A DNA stretch of 64,000 nucleotides from Candidatus Palauibacter sp. (GTDB lineage Bacteria > Gemmatimonadota > Gemmatimonadetes > Palauibacterales > Palauibacteraceae): assembly GCF_965221685.1 (NCBI RefSeq), contig NZ_OZ244907.1; one strand, 5' to 3'. Numbering within the stretch: the first letter of the stretch is position 1; each line of letters starts with the position of its first letter. The notes below the pieces were generated by a model. It ran no database searches. It was not told the DNA's origin and worked only from the letters and a program-made list of their open reading frames with translations. Positions 49,143-58,828 of this stretch are shown in pieces. Made by a program: the position numbers and the translations under genes.

Positions 49143-51054
49143 CAGACCCCGTCGGCAACACGATGCGGGACGCATGGACCGCGTTCCGCTGGACTGTCCA
49201 CTCCGGGACGCTCCCGTTGCGGGGATAGCGGAGGAAGGTGTCCGCGTCGGCGCCGGCGAGCGCAATCCGAATCCGGTGCCCGGCTCGGAACAGCACCGAG
49301 GTCGCCCACAGGTCGAAGCTCAACTCCGCAACCTCCCCCGGCACGAGCGGCAGGGCGTCCGCGCGTGACTCGCTCCGGTGCGGCCCGTACTTCCGGTACA
49401 GCGGCGGGTCGTCGGTGACCGCCCGCATGACGCCCCGGAGCTGTCCCTCGGTGATGTACCGCACGGTGCCGTCCGGAGCCACGTCCTCCAGGTAGGCGAT
49501 GAAGGCGCCGTCCGCTTCGGTTGACGCCAGGTACAGCGTGACGACCGGGTGGCCGGTGATCTCCAGGTCGGCAGCGAGCGGGGCGCTGGTCCAGGTCAGC
49601 AGCTTCCCGTCCTCCTCCCGGCGGTCGCCGTACACCACGTCGCCGCCTCCGCCATTCGTATACCAGCGGTTCCTCGTCCCCGTCGTCGCCGTGAAGTCGA
49701 CCGTGTAGCGGTCCTCTCCCGTCTCCGCGGCGGGGGCTTCGGTCGAAAGCGCACCGTCCTCGCGGAAGTACCACGCGACGTCATCGAAGCCCTCCGGCGG
49801 CCACGTCTCCGTCCGTGTCCAGCGGTCGGCGCCGAGCGTGTAGTAGTGGATCTCCGTCGGCGTCTCCCCGGATCCGTCCCCCCTGAGGTGGGCGTCGAAG
49901 AACGCCACGAGTTCCTCGAACCGGGCATCGGCGTCGGGTTGTACGGGCGTGTCCTCCGCCTTGAACGGGTCCGTGTCGTTCCGCGCCCCGTGGTCCCACG
50001 GACCGATGAACACCTGCTGCGCGTTGGAGATCGTGTTGTAGCGGCCGAGCGTGCCGTTCACCGTTCCGGCGTCCTGCCAGCCGACCCGGACGAACATGGC
50101 CACGCCGGACTCCTCGATCTGCGGGAGATGGCCGGAAGGACTGCGGCGGTGCCCGACGTTCGTCTCGCCGTAGGGACCGAACGGGTCATCCCGGAACTCG
50201 TACTCCAGCGCCGCCTCGAACGGCACGGTATTGGCCTGGTGTTCCGCCACCGCGGCGGCGAGCAGCGATCCGTCGACGTCCGCGTCGACCGGTTTCACGC
50301 CGGTGACCCGGCTCTGCACCTCGTCGCAGGCGGCCCCCATCGCGTCGGACAGGCCGCAGATATCGTTCAGGTCCTGCATGCGCGTGCGGTTCGACCAGTC
50401 CTCGAGGAAGCCGACCGTGAGCACGCCGCCGGGGAAGATGAGGTGGCCGAAGTTGTCGAAATCGTTGAAGAGGGGCGCGACCGCCTTCACGGCGGGGCTC
50501 CGGTTGACCGCGAGCATCTCGGCGGTGTTCCCGGCGTAGGAGACCCCGTAGGCGCCCACACGCCCGTTCGACCAGGGCTGGCCCGCAATCCAGTCCGCGA
50601 CCTCCCCGTAGTCCGCGACCTCGTCCTCGGCGAGTTCGAAGCGGCGGATCCCGAAGGAGGCCCCGCTTCCCCGCCCGTCGACGAGGACGAGCGCGTACCC
50701 GGCCCGGTTCCATCGCTCCGCCTCGGCAAAGTTCGATGTCTCCTCGAGGGGGACGCCGACCTCGCCGCGGGCGCGCCAGTAGCGGGTCGCCCGCATCATG
50801 GCCGGGAGCCGGCCCCCGGGCTCGACGCCGTCGGGCAGCCACACGTCGACGGCGATACGGACGCCATCGCGCATGGGGATGTGTAGCGCCTGGTTGCGTG
50901 TGAGCGCGCTCACCGGGGCGGCGCCCCCCGCGTCATCGCCGCCGGCAGACCCGTCGTCCGTGGCGGCATCCCCGCAGGCCGCCGCGCCGATCGCGGCCAA
51001 GCCCGCGAACCGCCGCGCAAGCGCACCGGGGCCGCGATGGCGCCGACGTATCAC
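49126..51054 (-). CDS. CocE/NonD-family serine hydrolase lipoprotein
   Basis: MRDGVRIAVD, T.Y, D.RGSGASFG, nucleophile GVSYAG, GW.D, GPWDH and a PepX-like C-terminal domain. The GTG start overlaps the ggt stop. Confidence 0.9.
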   Translation of the reverse strand: MIRRRHRGPGALARRFAGLAAIGAAACGDAATDDGSAGGDDAGGAAPVSALTRNQALHIPMRDGVRIAVDVWLPDGVEPGGRLPAMMRATRYWRARGEVGVPLEETSNFAEAERWNRAGYALVLVDGRGSGASFGIRRFELAEDEVADYGEVADWIAGQPWSNGRVGAYGVSYAGNTAEMLAVNRSPAVKAVAPLFNDFDNFGHLIFPGGVLTVGFLEDWSNRTRMQDLNDICGLSDAMGAACDEVQSRVTGVKPVDADVDGSLLAAAVAEHQANTVPFEAALEYEFRDDPFGPYGETNVGHRRSPSGHLPQIEESGVAMFVRVGWQDAGTVNGTLGRYNTISNAQQVFIGPWDHGARNDTDPFKAEDTPVQPDADARFEELVAFFDAHLRGDGSGETPTEIHYYTLGADRWTRTETWPPEGFDDVAWYFREDGALSTEAPAAETGEDRYTVDFTATTGTRNRWYTNGGGGDVVYGDRREEDGKLLTWTSAPLAADLEITGHPVVTLYLASTEADGAFIAYLEDVAPDGTVRYITEGQLRGVMRAVTDDPPLYRKYGPHRSESRADALPLVPGEVAELSFDLWATSVLFRAGHRIRIALAGADADTFLRYPRNGSVPEWTVQRNAVHASRIVLPTGSANPDR

Positions 51055-52790
51055 CAGGCGATCGCGTGGCCGTCCCGGCGCGGATCCGATCCGCCCGCGA
51101 GGGCGCCCGTCTCCGCATCCCGGTACACCCCCTGGACGCCGCCGAGGTTGCCGGGCTGGACCAGGTTGTGCCCACGGTCGGCGAGTTCCCCGTACACCTC
51201 CGGCGGGAAGCCCGCCTCCAGGTAGGTGACGGAGTCCTCCGGAATCGGCGTCAGGCCGCCGCCCCGGTTGAGACACATGCGGGGCGACGCGATCGCGAGC
51301 TGCATGTCCATCCCGCCGGCCGTCAGCTTCGTGATCACCTGCCCCACGGTCTGCGGGATCGTGTAGCCGCCGGCGGCGCCGACGGCCGCGACGAGGTTCC
51401 CGTCCTTCATGACCACGCAGGGGGTCATCACGCCCTTCGCCTTCTGGCCTCCCGCGATGTAGTTGACGTGCCCCTCCTCGAGGGAGAAGCCGAACATGTG
51501 GCCGTTGTTGAGGAAGATTCCCGTGTCGCCCGCGATCACACCGCTTCCGTAGAGCGCGACGAGAGACTGCGTGAAGGCGACGGCGTTCCCCCAGCGGTCC
51601 GCCGAAGAGAGGCTCGTCGTCCCGAAGAACGGGAGCGGGGCGCCCGAGAAGGAGGCGATGCGGGCGGGGTCGATCGTCGCCCGCTGCTCGTCCGCGTATT
51701 CCTTCGAGATGATCATGTCGACGGGGATCTCCGCGTCTTCGTTCCCGGTGTTGTACCGTTCGTCGTCGATCAGGGCGAGCCGGTTCGCCTCGAGCCACAG
51801 GTGGGCGAACTCGGAGCTGTAAAGGTCCATGTTCGCGAGATCGAAGCCGTCCATGATGTTGAGCGCCTGGAACATCGTCATCCCGCACGACCCCGGCGGC
51901 ATGGCGTACAGATCGTGCCCCTGGAAGGTCGTCGTGATGGGCTCTCTCCATGCGACCTCGTAACCCTCGAGATCGGCCTTCGTCATGTGCCCGCCATTCT
52001 CGGCGAGGAAGGCGACGATGCGGTCCCCGATCTCGCCCATGTAGAAGTCGTCCGCGCCTTCGCGGGCGAGCCGGCGCATACTGGCGGCGAGTTCGGGCTG
52101 CTTGATGATCTCACCCATCCGCGGCGGACGACCGTTCGGGAACATGATCCGGGTGCTGGACGGGAACCTTCCGAGCTTGTCCGCGCTCCCGTCGGTGTGA
52201 AGCGCGTCGAACTTCGAGATGACGAAGCCGTCCTCGGCGAGCTGGATGGCGGGCTCGAACACGTCGCCGAGGCTCATCGTCCCGTAGCGCTCGAGGACGG
52301 CGGCCCAGCCCTTGAAGGCGCCGGGCACGATCGGAGCCCTGTAGCCCATCTCGACGTCGTCCGGCGTGATCGTGCTCGCCGAGGAGGCCGCGGGCGCCCG
52401 GCCGAGCGCGTCGAGTCCGACGACCCGGTTCTCCTCCGCCAGGTAGATGAGCATGAAGCCGCCGAAGCCGCCGAGCCCGGACATGTAGGGTTCGGAGACG
52501 TTGAGCGTTGCGGAAGCGGCGACGATGGCGTCGATCGCGTTCCCGCCCTGCATCATGATCGTCGTGCCGGCGAGCGAGGCGTAGTAGTCGGCCGCGGCCG
52601 TCACACCCCGCCGGCCCCAAACAGTGCCGTGCGCGGGGCCGAGCAGGCCCGGCACGTTCGAGTCCTGGGCGGGACCCCATTGTCCGATCCCGTCGGGGGG
52701 AGCGGCGGCCGTCTCGGGAGCGCGGCAGGCGATCAAGCCGGATCCGGCGGCGGCCGCGGCGGAGGTGGCGAGGAAGTCACGGCGCTTCAT
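51051..52790 (-). CDS. ggt: Gamma-glutamyltransferase-family (Ntn hydrolase) protein, Tat lipoprotein
   Basis: KRRDFL Tat motif, GGNAIDA, P..SGLGG, VPG, nucleophile TTSLS..D..GN, G.AGG and D.RRDG. Confidence 0.9.
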   Translation of the reverse strand: MKRRDFLATSAAAAAGSGLIACRAPETAAAPPDGIGQWGPAQDSNVPGLLGPAHGTVWGRRGVTAAADYYASLAGTTIMMQGGNAIDAIVAASATLNVSEPYMSGLGGFGGFMLIYLAEENRVVGLDALGRAPAASSASTITPDDVEMGYRAPIVPGAFKGWAAVLERYGTMSLGDVFEPAIQLAEDGFVISKFDALHTDGSADKLGRFPSSTRIMFPNGRPPRMGEIIKQPELAASMRRLAREGADDFYMGEIGDRIVAFLAENGGHMTKADLEGYEVAWREPITTTFQGHDLYAMPPGSCGMTMFQALNIMDGFDLANMDLYSSEFAHLWLEANRLALIDDERYNTGNEDAEIPVDMIISKEYADEQRATIDPARIASFSGAPLPFFGTTSLSSADRWGNAVAFTQSLVALYGSGVIAGDTGIFLNNGHMFGFSLEEGHVNYIAGGQKAKGVMTPCVVMKDGNLVAAVGAAGGYTIPQTVGQVITKLTAGGMDMQLAIASPRMCLNRGGGLTPIPEDSVTYLEAGFPPEVYGELADRGHNLVQPGNLGGVQGVYRDAETGALAGGSDPRRDGHAIAW

Positions 52791-52826
52791 GGCTCGACTC
52801 CTGGGCAGAGGGGTTCGCGGACCCTG

Positions 52827-52856
52827 ATCCTAGGCCGCGGGTTGCCCCCCGCTCAA
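52827..52856 (-). promoter_or_regulatory. Candidate sigma70 promoter for ggt-cocE
   Basis: The minus strand reads TTGAGC-N18-TAGGAT, ~37 bp upstream of the ggt start. Confidence 0.45.
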
Positions 52857-52868
52857 GACCCCGCTACG

Positions 52869-55800
52869 TCATCGCCTCCACTCCGACAACTCCGGGATCC
52901 CCCGGCTGAACAGCGCCTCCAGCGCCGAAGCGGCTCCCGCAGACGCCGCCATCGCCTCCCGCGCCCCGACCTCCGCGTCGCGACCGCGCAGGATTCCCAG
53001 CACACGACCCGTTCGGGTGTCGCGCACGACCGTCATGGGGCGCTCGCTGTCGGCGTCCAGGCTCACCGATCCCGCGGGGCCCGCCAGCGTGATTCGTGCC
53101 AGCCGCCCGGCCCACTCGGGCTGCGCGGGCAATGCGAAGACGAAGAACGGCGCGCCGCCGTCGGTCGCCTCGCGCATGTCGAAGCGAAGCGAGAACAGTT
53201 CCCCCCCGGCGGCCGTCACACCCCTCAACCGCCAGGCGCCCGACGACCCCGGCACCACCGGTGGCGCGTCCACCACGAACGCCGGCTCGAGCACCGGCTC
53301 CCCGTCCTCGTCGAGCCCGCCCCAGAGGAGCAGCGAGGGGCCGCCTCCCACTCCAGCGGTCACGTCGGAAGCGCCCCGGAAGAACTCCGCACCCTCCGGA
53401 ACCCTCGACCTCGCCGACGCACCTCCGGCGCCGGCCCGACGCAGACGGAAGAAGAGCGCCTTGCTGAAGCTGTAGTCGCTGATCCACTGAGGGTCGCAAT
53501 ACGACATCAGGTCCCTGTGGGCCGGGGAAACGAGCCCGCTGTCATCCCGGAAGTCGTACCCCCACACGCCGATCGATGCGTTCGCCGTGGGAAAAGACGG
53601 GTCCGGCAGGGGGGCACCACCGCATGGTGCGTGTAGAAGGCTCAGGTTGTGGCCCAACTCGTGGGCGACGACGTTTGCGCCAGGACCGACCACGCTCGAC
53701 AGTCCCGACAGATCCGCCAATCCCACTGAGCCCGTAAGATTGCCGACAACGCCCATGTAGTAGCCGGCTCCACCCTCTATCACCCGAATCGCCTCCACTT
53801 GCCGGAGGATCTCGGAGGCGTCGCGGGTCGATGTCGACACGGCCTCGTGCACCGTCAAGTCCAGCTCGTCGATGGGCAGGAGTGTGCGCGCTTCCCCGAG
53901 GAGGGGACTTTCCCCGGTGAGGCCCTCGCTCAACTCCACGACCGACGAGTCCGGCTCTTCGCTCGATATCAGCGGAATCCACGTCAGTTGCAGCGCGGGC
54001 ACCGACGCCACGGCCACCGGTGCCCGGCCGCTCTCCGGAATGCGCCGCTGCACATCGAGCCCGGGATCCAGGATGCCTTCGGGATCGATCTCGACGACCA
54101 TCTCCAGACCCGGCTTGACAACGTGGCCCGGGATCGAGGCGTTGGCCGACTTCGACAGTTCGCCTTCCTGGATCTCGACCGGGATAGCCCTCGATCCGCC
54201 CGGGATGTCGGCGACATGCACCTCCGTGCCTCCGTTGTAGAACCTCGCGCGAACAGGCGGAAGCGTCGCGTTCGTCGCCATCCGGGCCGTCACGAACACT
54301 CGGAGCAGCGCGGGCTTGTTCGCGACCAGGGGCACCGGATAGTCCAGCGACTGCGCGGCCTGCGTCAGGTAGGCCCTCGAGCGCCCCCCCGCAGTACAGG
54401 AGCGCACACGCCGATCCGTCACGGTCGCCAGCCACCCTCGAAAACCCGCATCCCGGGGCGCACACAACCCGGTGCCGCCCAGGTGGAAAGTGTCCAGCCG
54501 ATCGAGCGCCTGCAGGCTTCCGGGGAGAACTCCGGACATCCGCCGGTTGTTGCTCAGAACCAGTAACTCAAGACTCGAGAGCTTGCCGAATGTCGCCGGC
54601 AGGCCGCCGCTCAGGTCGTTGTTCGTGAGGACCAGGGCCTTGGCGGACGACAGGCCACCGAGCTCCGGGGGTAGGGCCCCTGTCAGCTTGTTGTCCTGCA
54701 GCCAGGCGAATTCCAGCGCGGACAGAGCGCCAAGCTCCGCCGGCAGCGAGCCGGCGAGTTGGTTTTCCTGCAGGTCGAGAACACTCAGCCTGGTGAGGTT
54801 CCCGAACGTCCGCGGAATGGAGCCCGAGAGGCGGTTGTCGTAGAGAAAGATCCTCTCGAGTTGCTTGAGCCGGCCCAGTACCGGTGGAAGCGGACCGCTC
54901 AGGTTGCTCCCGGGCGCAGCCAGGAACCGGAGACGCGAGAGGTTGCCCAACTCCGGGGGAAGTGGGCCCGTCAGCGGGGCTGGTCCCAGCCATAGCTCTT
55001 CCAGCGACGAGAGCCGACCGAGTGCGGGTGGAATCGTTCCCGACAGCTGGGTGAAGAAAAGGTACAGGTGCCGGAGATTGGAGAGATCGCCGAGTTCGGG
55101 CGGAATCGGTCCGGTGAACCGGTTCCGACCTGTGAACAGATCGTTGGAGAGGTCCAGTATTCTCAGGTCGGTGAGGCTGGCCAGCTCCACCGGGATCGGG
55201 CCCGCGAGCGCGTTGACGGCGAGACCCAGTTCTTCAAGCTCCGTGAACTCCGCGAGATACGCCGGGATTTCACCGGTCAACCGGTTATATGACAGATTGA
55301 GACGCCGAAGATCCGTGAGGTGCGCGAATTCGTCCGGCAAGCGGCCCTCGAGTCCGATGCCCGAAAGATCCAGTCCGGTTACCCGACCCTCCGCGTCGGC
55401 GGTCACTCCATGCCATTGGCCGATCGGCGCGTCGGTCAGCCAGTTGTCGCTTATCGTCCAGCGCGAGCCCCCGGTTGCGTTGTACAGCATCACCAGGGCA
55501 AAGCTCTCGGACACGTTCACGACGATCCGCGCAGTCGCGACGAGGCCGGTTCCGGACGCCTGCACGGATATCTCTGCCGATCCCGGTGTTACGGCAGTCA
55601 CCAGGCCGTCAGCGCTTACGGTAGCCACCGACTCGTCATCGGAGAGCCACGAGAAGTCAACGCCGGCAACCGGGTTGTCGTTCGCGTCCAGAGCCTGCGC
55701 GGTCAGCTGAAGCGTTTCCAGCGCGTCGATCGTGGCCTGATCGGGTAACACCGCCAGCGCGGTGACCGTCTGCGAAACAGTGATGGCCGCGCTTCCGGAG

Positions 55801-56162
55801 GCACCGCCGCCCCGGACTGTGGCCGTGATGTTTGTGGCTCCGTTGCCTACTGCCGTGACGACCCCGGCGGGATCGACCGTCACGATTCCGCCGTCGCTGC
55901 TCGCCCAGTTCACGCCGATGCCGGACATGACCGCGCCGGTCTGATCGCGAACGGTCGCCGTCAGTTGCACGGTCTGTCCCAGTGCGGCCAGCACTGCGGA
56001 CGAGGGGGTGATCGCCAGTGTGGTGGGGACGGGCGTTCCCGGCGGTGCGGTTCCGGGTTCGCCGTCCCCGCAGGCCAGAGCCAGCAGCGGAGCGAGGAGC
56101 AGGACCCGGCACCGGTGAGGATACGGGGCTCGCGCCCCGGGTTGTGTGCGAAAAGGTGCCAT
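52869..56162 (-). CDS. Lipoprotein: 2 Ig-like (Big_2) domains + ~12 plant-type LRRs + M66-like zinc metallopeptidase
   Basis: Lipobox LAC, two W.S.D...V.TV...G.VTAV units, LRR cap W.GV, ~24-aa L.GPIPPELG.L repeats, HELGHNLSLLHAPC and DLMSYC. Confidence 0.85.
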   Translation of the reverse strand: MAPFRTQPGARAPYPHRCRVLLLAPLLALACGDGEPGTAPPGTPVPTTLAITPSSAVLAALGQTVQLTATVRDQTGAVMSGIGVNWASSDGGIVTVDPAGVVTAVGNGATNITATVRGGGASGSAAITVSQTVTALAVLPDQATIDALETLQLTAQALDANDNPVAGVDFSWLSDDESVATVSADGLVTAVTPGSAEISVQASGTGLVATARIVVNVSESFALVMLYNATGGSRWTISDNWLTDAPIGQWHGVTADAEGRVTGLDLSGIGLEGRLPDEFAHLTDLRRLNLSYNRLTGEIPAYLAEFTELEELGLAVNALAGPIPVELASLTDLRILDLSNDLFTGRNRFTGPIPPELGDLSNLRHLYLFFTQLSGTIPPALGRLSSLEELWLGPAPLTGPLPPELGNLSRLRFLAAPGSNLSGPLPPVLGRLKQLERIFLYDNRLSGSIPRTFGNLTRLSVLDLQENQLAGSLPAELGALSALEFAWLQDNKLTGALPPELGGLSSAKALVLTNNDLSGGLPATFGKLSSLELLVLSNNRRMSGVLPGSLQALDRLDTFHLGGTGLCAPRDAGFRGWLATVTDRRVRSCTAGGRSRAYLTQAAQSLDYPVPLVANKPALLRVFVTARMATNATLPPVRARFYNGGTEVHVADIPGGSRAIPVEIQEGELSKSANASIPGHVVKPGLEMVVEIDPEGILDPGLDVQRRIPESGRAPVAVASVPALQLTWIPLISSEEPDSSVVELSEGLTGESPLLGEARTLLPIDELDLTVHEAVSTSTRDASEILRQVEAIRVIEGGAGYYMGVVGNLTGSVGLADLSGLSSVVGPGANVVAHELGHNLSLLHAPCGGAPLPDPSFPTANASIGVWGYDFRDDSGLVSPAHRDLMSYCDPQWISDYSFSKALFFRLRRAGAGGASARSRVPEGAEFFRGASDVTAGVGGGPSLLLWGGLDEDGEPVLEPAFVVDAPPVVPGSSGAWRLRGVTAAGGELFSLRFDMREATDGGAPFFVFALPAQPEWAGRLARITLAGPAGSVSLDADSERPMTVVRDTRTGRVLGILRGRDAEVGAREAMAASAGAASALEALFSRGIPELSEWRR

Positions 56163-56250
56163 CGTTCAGCCGGCCCTCTAAAGTCGACCACCATGGGCGA
56201 GGCGCCACTATGCCGCCGCCGGTGCCCAGCTGCAATAGCTGAGACAGGGC

Positions 56251-56288
56251 GCGGAGGGCACCGTTCCGGGCGGTGCCCGAGGGTCCGC
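56251..56288. terminator. GC hairpin downstream of the D-amino acid dehydrogenase gene
   Basis: gggcaccg-N7-cggtgccc (56256-56278), with outer gcgga/tccgc arms. There is no U-tract, so termination is uncertain. Confidence 0.35.
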
Positions 56289-56292
56289 GACG

Positions 56293-57561
56293 TCAGGTGA
56301 AGCGCGCGGGATCGAAGGGTGTGAGGTCGGTCTCCGAACGGCTTTCCAGCACGAGTTGCGCCAGCGCGTGGCCGGTCGAGGGGGCGAGCGTGACGCCGAG
56401 CATCTGGTGTCCCGTGGCCACGTACACGTTCGGGAAGCCGGGCAATCGGCCGATCGCGGGGAGGCCGTCCGGCGTCACGGGGCGCATGCCCACCCAGTCG
56501 GCACGCTCCGTCCCCTCCAGCGCGCCGGGCAGATAGCGGCGCGCGGCCCGCTCGAGGATCGCGATCCTGCGCGGGTCCAGGAGCCGGTTGATACCCGAGA
56601 ATTCCATCGTTCCGATCACACGCACCGCCCCGTGGAACGGCGTGAAGCCGATCCTTGCCGGAGTCACGTGCAGCGGCTGCGAGAGCCGGACGCGCGCGTT
56701 CCGGACGGTGATGCTGTAGCCCTTCCCGGCCTGCACGGGAAGCTTCCGCCCCAGGGTCGCCACGAGGGCGGCCGTCTCGGCCCCCGCGGCGAGCACGAAG
56801 AGATCCGCGCCCAGTCTCCCCGGGTCCCCGTTGGCTGCGGCGCCGCTTCCCGCGGCCGCGGTGAGCGCCATCCGGACGCGGCCGGCTTCGGGCGTGAAGC
56901 CGACGACACGCTGACCCGTCCTGATTTCGACGCCACGTGCCTCCAGGCTCGCGGCAAGCTCGGCGCACAGGGACTCGGGGCGCACATGCGTGTCCCCACG
57001 CATCCGCAGGCCGATCAGACCGCCCCGCAGGTCCGGCTCCGCTTCCGCGAGCGCATCGCGGTCGAGGACGTCCACCGGCCCCACCCGTTCCTCTCCCAAT
57101 CGTGTCAGCAACTCTTCGGTCTGTCTGAGCTCGCTCTCGTCATCGTAGGCGAGGATGGTCCCGCTCTCGGCGCGCTCGAACTCCATGCCGTCTTCGGCGA
57201 GTCCGCGGTACAGCCGATCCGTGGCGGCGTTCAGTGCCGCGAGCGCCGCCACGCCCGCCGCGTAGCTCTCCGCGTTGCAGTACCCGCGGAAGGCCCACAG
57301 CCAGCCCATGAGGCGGGGCATGGCCGACGGCTTGATGTAGAGGGGGCTGTCGGCGCGGAGCATCCAGCGCAGCGACGTCAGCGTGAGGCCCGGCGCGGGC
57401 AGGGGTCGGGAGATCGATGGACACACCCAGCCGCCGTTGCCCTTCGAGCATCCGCCGCCCATGAGGTCGCGTTCGAGGAGGACAACGTCGGCTCCGCCGC
57501 GCTCCAGGTAGTGCGCGACGCACAGCCCGATGACGCCGCCGCCGATGACCGCGACCCTCAC
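56293..57561 (-). CDS. FAD-dependent D-amino acid dehydrogenase (DadA family)
   Basis: V.VIGGGVIG, S.GN.G, KGYS, W.GMRP.TPDGLP.IG and GH..LG.TLAP.TG. The GTG start overlaps the sigZ stop. Confidence 0.9.
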   Translation of the reverse strand: MRVAVIGGGVIGLCVAHYLERGGADVVLLERDLMGGGCSKGNGGWVCPSISRPLPAPGLTLTSLRWMLRADSPLYIKPSAMPRLMGWLWAFRGYCNAESYAAGVAALAALNAATDRLYRGLAEDGMEFERAESGTILAYDDESELRQTEELLTRLGEERVGPVDVLDRDALAEAEPDLRGGLIGLRMRGDTHVRPESLCAELAASLEARGVEIRTGQRVVGFTPEAGRVRMALTAAAGSGAAANGDPGRLGADLFVLAAGAETAALVATLGRKLPVQAGKGYSITVRNARVRLSQPLHVTPARIGFTPFHGAVRVIGTMEFSGINRLLDPRRIAILERAARRYLPGALEGTERADWVGMRPVTPDGLPAIGRLPGFPNVYVATGHQMLGVTLAPSTGHALAQLVLESRSETDLTPFDPARFT

Positions 57562-58178
57562 CTGGCGGTACTCCCGCCGGCCGTGTTCCCGCCGGCCGCG
57601 AGCCCGCCGTGGGCCGCTTCGCGGGGCCGCATGTCGATCACGCCGCCGCGCCGGTCCAGCTCGAAATCGCAGCAGTCCATGAGCTGCCGCTTCAACATCG
57701 CCCGCGCCCGCTGCACCCGCGATTTCATGCCGGAGACGCTCAGGCCGAGCCGCTGCGCTGCGTCCACCTGGCTCATCCCCCGGAAGTAGGTGAGCAGAAG
57801 GGCTTCGGCGTACTTCGGCGGCAACTCCAGCGCGAACGGCAGCAGGCACGCCTCCAGGTCCGTCCTCAGCGCTTCATGGTCGCGCGCGCCCGGATCCGAA
57901 TCCGGCGGTTCGGTCTCGGCGCCCAGCTGTTCGAGGGTCCGCCGTTCGACGGACCGGCGCCGGTGGTGGTCCGCGATCACGTTGGCCGCGACCCGGTAGG
58001 TCCACGCGAGCGGATCCCGCGCCTCCGCGAGACTCTCCTGGCGTTGCAGCAGCCGCAGGAAGATGTCGCCGGTCACGTCATCGGCCCACGCCGGGTCGAC
58101 GCGACCGCCCACGAAGCGCCGCATCCGCCGCTGAAACTCGGACCATGCCGGCAGGGCCCGGATCGTACGATCAGGCAC
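57558..58178 (-). CDS. sigZ: ECF sigma factor, SigZ-like
   Basis: Region 2 (ADDV..DIFL, W.YRVA.N.I.DH.R), region 4 (LP.KY.EAL, SQ...A..LGLS.SG.KSRVQRAR) and C-terminal CC.FE.D.RG typical of SigZ. Confidence 0.85.
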   Translation of the reverse strand: MPDRTIRALPAWSEFQRRMRRFVGGRVDPAWADDVTGDIFLRLLQRQESLAEARDPLAWTYRVAANVIADHHRRRSVERRTLEQLGAETEPPDSDPGARDHEALRTDLEACLLPFALELPPKYAEALLLTYFRGMSQVDAAQRLGLSVSGMKSRVQRARAMLKRQLMDCCDFELDRRGGVIDMRPREAAHGGLAAGGNTAGGSTAR

Positions 58179-58602
58179 AGCAGGTCTCGGATTCGTCGGT
58201 ACACGCGGTCGCCGATGGCGCGATCAGCGCCTCGCCGTCCGGCGTGTCATCCGTGACCTGATACCACTCCCAGCGCAGACCCTGCGGCTCGTCGGACCAG
58301 ACCTTCGTCTGGGTCGCGTGACAGCACACCGTCTCTTCCTCCACCCTGGTGAGGATCCCGGCCGCCTCCAGCCGCTGGCCGGCCTCGCGGACCCGCGCGT
58401 CCTCGAACACCTCCACACCCAGGTGGTTCACCCGTTCCGCCGCGTCCGGATTCTCGAACAGCACGAGCTTCAGAGGCGGCTCGTCGATCGCGAAGTTGGC
58501 GTAGCCCGGGCGACGCTTGTGCGGCGCCGCGTCGAAGAGCTTGCCGTAATAGTCCACCGCCTCGTCGATGTCCCGCACGTTGAGGGCGAGTTGCAGTCTC
58601 AT
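58171..58602 (-). CDS. ArsI/CadI-family VOC metalloenzyme (C-As lyase-like)
   Basis: QLALNV, PGYANFAI.EPPLKLVL.E, NHLGVEV, E...CC.A.Q.K.W, WE.Y and a Cys-rich tail. Confidence 0.88.
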   Translation of the reverse strand: MRLQLALNVRDIDEAVDYYGKLFDAAPHKRRPGYANFAIDEPPLKLVLFENPDAAERVNHLGVEVFEDARVREAGQRLEAAGILTRVEEETVCCHATQTKVWSDEPQGLRWEWYQVTDDTPDGEALIAPSATACTDESETCCA

Positions 58603-58677
58603 GTCGGAAACCTCCCGAGCAGCTCGTGGCTGCTTGTCGTGGTATGTCGGATCCTGTCCCCTTCCTCCGCCCCAAAA

Positions 58678-58703
58678 GACGAGCGAGGCGCGGAAAGGAC
58701 GCA
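58678..58703 (-). promoter_or_regulatory. Candidate ECF (SigZ) promoter
   Basis: The minus strand reads TGCGTCC-N15-CGTC-TTTT, 76 bp upstream of the arsI-like start. CGTC is a common ECF -10 element. Confidence 0.4.
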
Positions 58704-58828
58704 ACCGAAGCGGACAACCTGCCCCGTTGCCGACGCCGGCGGCCACACACAACGTTCCATCCGGCCCCGGACCCGGGCTCGGGACCCGGTCGCGGGAATC
58801 CGACAGCCGAACGGAACAGGACTGGAGA

